Shown here: positions 58,756-64,000 of the stretch, piece after piece
How the letters are laid out: every line of letters begins with the position of its first letter
Numbering within the stretch: position 1 is the stretch's first letter
From: Chitinophaga pinensis
GTDB lineage: Bacteria > Bacteroidota > Bacteroidia > UKL13-3
Length of the DNA: 64,000 bases
Direction of reading: 5' to 3'
Assembly (NCBI GenBank): GCA_945898275.1
Contig: CAMDHZ010000002.1
Span: forward strand, 5,007 to 69,006
Notes under the pieces: model-generated
Seen by the model: the letters and a program-made list of their open reading frames with translations, nothing else
Told to the model about the DNA's origin: nothing
The model's database searches: none
Made by a program: the position numbers and the translations under genes

Positions 58756-60243
58756 CTATTTAATAAGACCAAACTCCTTAAAAATCTGATTTGCTGCTAC
58801 TTTCCCACTAATAATACTTGGAGGCACACCAGGTCCGGGTACAGTTAGTTGTCCTGCAAAAAATAAATTATCCAATTTCTTAGATTTTAAACTTGGCTTT
58901 AAGATTGCGGTTTGATCCAAAGTATTTGCTAATCCGTATGCATTTCCTTTGAAAGCGTAATAATCACTTACAAAATTGCTTACCGAGTAAGTCTTAACAT
59001 AGCAAATATCATTTGCAAAACTTACACCTGTTTGCTTTTCAATACGTGCTATCATTTCATCAAAATACTTTCTACGTATTGCTTCATCATCTCCCTTTAA
59101 ACCTGGTGCTATAGGGATTAGTAAAAATAAGTTTTCTTTTCCTTCAGGTGCAACTGTTTTATCTGTTACAGAAGGTGCAGATGCATAAAAAAGAGGTTTC
59201 TCAGGCCATTTTGGCGTTGTGTAAATTTCTTTAGAGTGTAAATTAAAATCAGTATCAAAATAGAGGTTGTGGTGTAAAAGACCTTTTATTTTTTTGTTGA
59301 CCCCAACATAATATAACAAACAAGAGGGTGCTAATTTTCTGCTGTCCCAATAGGCTGGAGAATAAGATTGGTATTTCTTTTCTATAACGTTTTGATCCAA
59401 ATGATGATAGTCGCCTGCGCCCACAACTACGTCTGCTTCATAAGAATCTGTTGAAGTATTTACGCCTATAATTTTTGAACCTGAATAATTAAAACTAGTT
59501 ACATCTTGGTTCAAACCGAATTTTACGCCTTGCTTTTTAGCCACTTTCTCAAAGGCTTCGATAATTTTATACATTCCTCCCATTGGATACCAAGTGCCTA
59601 AATCCATATCTGCATAGTTCATCAAGCTGTAAAGTGCAGGAGTGTTTTGCGGTAAAGCGCCAAGAAATAAAACAGGAAACTCCAATAATTCCTGCAAAAA
59701 CGGATGTTTAACTGTTTTCTTCACATGACTTCTCATATTTGTGAGAACATCCATTTTTAGCAATCCTTTAAGCAATCTAATGTCTGCAAATTCCAATAAA
59801 CTTAAACTTGGCTTATACACTAAATCATTGATTCCAACTTCATATTTGTAGGCTGCTTCCTTTAAAAACGTTCTTAATTTTAGCGCACTTCCTGGCTCAA
59901 TTTTTTCAAAAAGCGCTTCAAGCTCTAATTTATCGGCAGGAATTTCTATTGCTTCACCTTGCTTATTGACAACACTATAGCTTGGGTCAAGCCTTCTTAA
60001 ATCATAAAAGTCTGAAGTTGTAAAACCAAAATTATTATAGAACTTTTCAAAGACATCTGGCATCCAGTACCAACTTGGACCCATATCAAACGTAAATCCC
60101 TCTTGAGAAAACTGCCTAGCTCTTCCCCCTAAACTTGCATTTTTTTCAAGCAAGGTAACCTCAAAACCTCCTTTTGCAAGGTAACATGCAGCAGAAAGAC
60201 CTGCTACTCCTCCACCGATTACAATTGCCTTTTTACTGCTCAT
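58756..60243 (-). CDS. crtI: Phytoene desaturase
   Basis: GGGVAGL Rossmann motif, FDMGPSWYWMP, and GQLTVPGPGVPP. Confidence 0.93.
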   Translation of the reverse strand: MSSKKAIVIGGGVAGLSAACYLAKGGFEVTLLEKNASLGGRARQFSQEGFTFDMGPSWYWMPDVFEKFYNNFGFTTSDFYDLRRLDPSYSVVNKQGEAIEIPADKLELEALFEKIEPGSALKLRTFLKEAAYKYEVGINDLVYKPSLSLLEFADIRLLKGLLKMDVLTNMRSHVKKTVKHPFLQELLEFPVLFLGALPQNTPALYSLMNYADMDLGTWYPMGGMYKIIEAFEKVAKKQGVKFGLNQDVTSFNYSGSKIIGVNTSTDSYEADVVVGAGDYHHLDQNVIEKKYQSYSPAYWDSRKLAPSCLLYYVGVNKKIKGLLHHNLYFDTDFNLHSKEIYTTPKWPEKPLFYASAPSVTDKTVAPEGKENLFLLIPIAPGLKGDDEAIRRKYFDEMIARIEKQTGVSFANDICYVKTYSVSNFVSDYYAFKGNAYGLANTLDQTAILKPSLKSKKLDNLFFAGQLTVPGPGVPPSIISGKVAANQIFKEFGLIK

Positions 60244-60247
60244 ATCT

Positions 60248-62701
60248 TTAGTATTCTAGAATAAAACCAAAAGTAGGAAGAAAAGTTGTGTTTGTATTAT
60301 CTAAAACAACTGGAATGGCATTACTACCATTTGGTTGAATAGCATTCCCATCTGTGGTAGCCCAACCAGTGTTTGTGGCATTTCTTTCAAAAACATAAGA
60401 AGGATATGCTTGTTGAGGAGATTGAAGCAAATTTTGGATATCGATGAACAGGTCTAAGGTAACTCTTTTGTAGTTAAACTTTTTATCTATTCTAATATCC
60501 ACTTGCTGAAATGCACCTAATCTTTGTTGGTTCAACCTTGAAAAATCTAAAATGCCACTTCCAGTGCTTAAATAGCTCGCTCTAGAGGCATCTAAATTAA
60601 ATGGTGTATACGGCGAACCACCTGCCAATCTATATTTTGCACCTATTTCCCAACCCTTCTTAAATTTATAACCAAGAATGGTTGAAACCAAATGACGGTT
60701 ATCCCAAGCTGATGCAATCAACCGACCATCAGCACCGCTAAACTTGCTCACGAACCAAGTATAGGAGAAAGTAGCAAAAAAACTTTTAGTTAATTTTTGC
60801 TGAAAGAAAAACTCAAAACCATAAACACGACCTTTCCCAATAGAAAGTGTTGGTTCATTTCCTAAAATTCCAAAATCTACCCCTTGGTTGGCTAATGATA
60901 TTCCATTTTGAACAGATACTGGATAATTTCCATATTGTTTGAAAAAACCTTCCACTGTGATACGAGTATTATTTGTAGGCAAAAACTCAACTCCACCCAC
61001 ATAATGATCACTCGAAATGTACTTGTTGTCTTTATTTACAAATGTTCCAGCATTGTTTCTAAATCCTAAAATAGGGTAAATTGGTATTTTATAATATCGA
61101 CCTATTGATGCATTTAAATTCCATTTATCATTAAGCGCATAAGAAGCGGATAATCGTGGAGACAATGTTTGAAGCGGATTTAACCCCTCAGTAGTAAATG
61201 AGTTAACATCTGTTCTTACCCCAAAATTCAAATTTAATCTGTCATTTAAAACCCTTCTAGATACTTCTGCAAATAAACCACCTTTAAAAAATTCAATGGC
61301 AGAATTGTAATTTATGGTTAATGGCGGAACGATTTGATTACCCGATGAATCAAAAGTTCCATTGTTAATTTTGCTAAAAGTGGCATTATTATATTTTACA
61401 TACTGAAACATGCCTCCATAGGCATACTTCCATTTGCCTTGAAACTTATTGATATCTAATCTTAACTTATTTTCTATTTCTTGAGACCTAACCTTAAAGG
61501 CTCTAAAATTTTCATCATTTTCTTTACCATCTTCCCATCTATCTAATGCATTGTTAAACATATTACGACTAACAGATAAATTCATATAACCTTTGCTAAT
61601 CCTTCTTTTTAAAACAGCTCCCATGGTATAATTCCACTGGTTGATATTGGGACTTTCTCTTAACTGATACTCCTTTTCTGGCGTAGATTCTTCTGGAATG
61701 GCAAACTTAAAATTATCAATAGCACCAACACCTAATGTAGTGAGTGTTGTTTTCTCGTTTATTTTGGTTGTTGTTTTATATTGAAAATCCCAATAACTTG
61801 GACGAATAGGTAAATCCAAAAAAACAAATAAAAACTGCAGATAGCTTCTTCGTGCCGAGGCCAAAAATGTTGTATTTTTTGTGAGCGGACCATCCAAAGT
61901 TATTGCAGCCTCTGAAGCACTAAGCCTTAAATTCCCTTGCAATCTTTCTTCATTACCATCTTTTTGTTTGAAGTTAAAAACCGAAGAAAGTGGATTATCT
62001 ATTCGAACGCCAAAAGAACTAGAACTTAAAGTAACGTCTTGAATAAAACTAACATTTAAAATTCCTTGTGGACCACCAGAACTTCCTTGTGTGGCAAAAT
62101 GATTAATAACTGGAATCTCGATTCCATCTAAATAAAATACATTTTCATTAGGGCCTCCTCCTCTAATTATAATGTCATTTCTAAACGCTGCTCCTCCAGT
62201 ATTACCGCCAACTCCTGGCAATGCCTGAATTACCCTAGAAATATCAAAATTACCTCCTGGGTTACTTTTTATCTCCTCTGCAGTTAAATTTTGGATTGAA
62301 AGTGGTGTTTCTGTTTTCTTCTCAAAGGTTCTAGTTTGAACCAAAACCTCACCTAAACTATTAGATGCAGGCTCCAATTCGATATTGAATGTAGAAATGT
62401 TTCCAGAATTAATTACAATATTGAAAATGGTCTTAGAAGCATAACCAACATATTGAATCAATAAATTGTAGGATTTAGTTGGAATCCCTTTAATTACAAA
62501 TTTACCCTCAGCATCTGTTTGAGCGCCTAAAGTTGTTCCTTGCAAGATAACTGTCGCACCAATTAATGACTCTTGTGTATTTTTATCTATCACCTTACCT
62601 GTAATGGTGCCCAATCCTTGTGCGTTTATTGCATAAGGTAGCGCAAGCACCAGAATACATAACAGATTGCTCTTTAAGAATTTTTGGATGAATTGTTTCA
62701 T
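60248..62701 (-). CDS. TonB-dependent receptor (CarboxypepD_reg-like N-domain, plug, barrel)
   Basis: ITGKV.D..T.E.LIGATV, LPGV, IIRGG...EN..YLDGI, SPR and aromatic C-terminus. Confidence 0.9.
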   Translation of the reverse strand: MKQFIQKFLKSNLLCILVLALPYAINAQGLGTITGKVIDKNTQESLIGATVILQGTTLGAQTDAEGKFVIKGIPTKSYNLLIQYVGYASKTIFNIVINSGNISTFNIELEPASNSLGEVLVQTRTFEKKTETPLSIQNLTAEEIKSNPGGNFDISRVIQALPGVGGNTGGAAFRNDIIIRGGGPNENVFYLDGIEIPVINHFATQGSSGGPQGILNVSFIQDVTLSSSSFGVRIDNPLSSVFNFKQKDGNEERLQGNLRLSASEAAITLDGPLTKNTTFLASARRSYLQFLFVFLDLPIRPSYWDFQYKTTTKINEKTTLTTLGVGAIDNFKFAIPEESTPEKEYQLRESPNINQWNYTMGAVLKRRISKGYMNLSVSRNMFNNALDRWEDGKENDENFRAFKVRSQEIENKLRLDINKFQGKWKYAYGGMFQYVKYNNATFSKINNGTFDSSGNQIVPPLTINYNSAIEFFKGGLFAEVSRRVLNDRLNLNFGVRTDVNSFTTEGLNPLQTLSPRLSASYALNDKWNLNASIGRYYKIPIYPILGFRNNAGTFVNKDNKYISSDHYVGGVEFLPTNNTRITVEGFFKQYGNYPVSVQNGISLANQGVDFGILGNEPTLSIGKGRVYGFEFFFQQKLTKSFFATFSYTWFVSKFSGADGRLIASAWDNRHLVSTILGYKFKKGWEIGAKYRLAGGSPYTPFNLDASRASYLSTGSGILDFSRLNQQRLGAFQQVDIRIDKKFNYKRVTLDLFIDIQNLLQSPQQAYPSYVFERNATNTGWATTDGNAIQPNGSNAIPVVLDNTNTTFLPTFGFILEY

Positions 62702-62911
62702 TTGTATAAAATCATTTTAATAAACATAATGCATTTTGGTACAAATTTGTTTTAGTTGTGTCAAATTTTTTTCAGATTTAGAATAATGTCACCTTTTTGT
62801 AAAATAATTATGCAATTATTATATTGATTTTCTTGATGTTAGGAAATTTTAACCTATTAGAGTAAAAACAATTAGTCCGATTTTGTACTTAATATAAAAT
62901 ATCAAATAAAA

Positions 62912-63538
62912 ATGGACAAGTTTCAATTGATAAAAATACTCATAGAGGAAGTTGAGCAATGTGAGGCACGAATGGGAGATAATTTATCCATTGAGGCCTT
63001 TAGTGGTTTTTTATGCGAAAAATTAAATAAAACACAGCATAGAGCCACTACAATTAATAGTGTTCAACACAAAGACAGCGAAATTGCCAGACTTGTAACA
63101 ACTCTTAATAGATATGCAAGGCTTTATTTTAAGGTTATTTTAGAAAAAGAAGAAACCCAAAATTTGGATGAATTAATTTTTCTTATCATTCTGATGGAAT
63201 ATGGCGAACTCAGCAAAACAGAACTCATCACGCATGCTGTATCAGAAAAAACTACAGGAATGGAAATCCTCAAAAGAATGGAGCAAAATGGTTTAGTTAA
63301 CTCAATTGTAAATCCTAATGATGGTAGAAGCAGGTTGATAAAGATTTCTGAAAAAGGAACGATAGTTATTCATAAACTGTTTCCTTTAATGGAAAAAGTA
63401 AGTAGGTTGATAGGTGGCAACCTTACTGCAAAAGAAAAGGACACTTTGTTTGAGATTTTAAAGAAATTAGATGATTTTCACAAACCAATATACCTAAAGG
63501 GTACTCAAAAAGATTGGCTTAATGAAGAAATTAAATGA
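62912..63538 (+). CDS. MarR family transcriptional regulator
   Basis: SKTELI...EKTTG.EI.KR...GL...D.RS..I..S.KG winged HTH. Confidence 0.88.
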   Translation: MDKFQLIKILIEEVEQCEARMGDNLSIEAFSGFLCEKLNKTQHRATTINSVQHKDSEIARLVTTLNRYARLYFKVILEKEETQNLDELIFLIILMEYGELSKTELITHAVSEKTTGMEILKRMEQNGLVNSIVNPNDGRSRLIKISEKGTIVIHKLFPLMEKVSRLIGGNLTAKEKDTLFEILKKLDDFHKPIYLKGTQKDWLNEEIK

Positions 63539-64000
63539 TAATTCTGTAGCTATTGTTGGTTCGGGTATAGCCGGATTAGCAGTAGCAATAAGGTTGGCAG
63601 TAAAAGGATTTACTGTAAACGTTTTTGAGGCAAATGCTTATCCTGGTGGCAAATTAAGTGTTTTTGAAAACAATGGATATAGGTTTGACGCTGGGCCTTC
63701 TTTGTTTACTATGCCTCAATTAGTTGAAGAGTTATTGCTCTTAGCTGGAAAAAACCCAATTACATGTTTTCCTTATATAAAATTAGAAAAAGGATGTCAT
63801 TACTTTTATGAAGATGGTACAAAACTAATTGCGTATCAAGACTCTCAAAAATTTGCTAATGAGATAGAAAGCAAGCTTGGGGTTGATCCAAATAAAGTTT
63901 TAAAATACCTTGAAAAGGCAAAATATAGATATGAAATAACTGCACCTCTTTTTTTAGAAAAAAGCTTACATAAGTTGGGTAACTTCCTTAGAAAAGAAAC
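63522..64000 (+). CDS. crtD: Carotenoid desaturase, CrtD-type (1-hydroxycarotenoid 3,4-desaturase), truncated by the window end
   Basis: Not in the ORF track. ATG 63522 gives MKKLNDNSVAIVGSGIAGLAVAIRLA...PGGKL...GYRFDAGPSLFTMP, open to the window end; 17-bp overlap with marR. Confidence 0.8.
   Translation, partial: MKKLNDNSVAIVGSGIAGLAVAIRLAVKGFTVNVFEANAYPGGKLSVFENNGYRFDAGPSLFTMPQLVEELLLLAGKNPITCFPYIKLEKGCHYFYEDGTKLIAYQDSQKFANEIESKLGVDPNKVLKYLEKAKYRYEITAPLFLEKSLHKLGNFLRKE

Noticed and set aside
1..64000. CRISPR arrays, rRNA/tRNA genes, prophage or anti-phage defence islands
   Set aside because: I saw no regularly spaced repeats, structured RNA genes, or phage, nuclease or defence ORFs; intergenic gaps are all under about 280 bp.

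Overview
This is an AT-rich, gene-dense stretch of Bacteroidota core chromosome. The assignment rests on DUF2795, T9SS C-terminal sorting domains, TAnnTTTG promoters and the conserved flippase-dut-nucleotidyltransferase-TPR-DUF4292-EnvC operon. It carries housekeeping genes (uvrA, hflX, dut, rpoN, ispH, panD, rplM-rpsI-rpsB-tsf-pyrH, dxs, metK), a FIST/8-PAS histidine kinase locus and a carotenoid cluster (TBDR-crtI-crtB-hyp-idi, with divergent MarR-crtD). I saw no tRNA, rRNA, CRISPR array, IS element or prophage. The most notable observations are: (1) a strongly over-represented, non-polarised dispersed DNA word, GGTTCAA(ACC), in both genes and intergenic DNA; (2) a three-gene GT2 / methyltransferase / degenerate-GT2-GT-C-TPR operon that resembles a lipid-donor (TMTC/PMT-like) glycosylation system; (3) a structured metK leader with alternative pairings that does not cleanly match a SAM riboswitch class I can recognise; (4) a catalytically degenerate Fic domain fused to a DeoR-type HTH with a duplicated helix. 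All counts were made by eye and no database searches were run.
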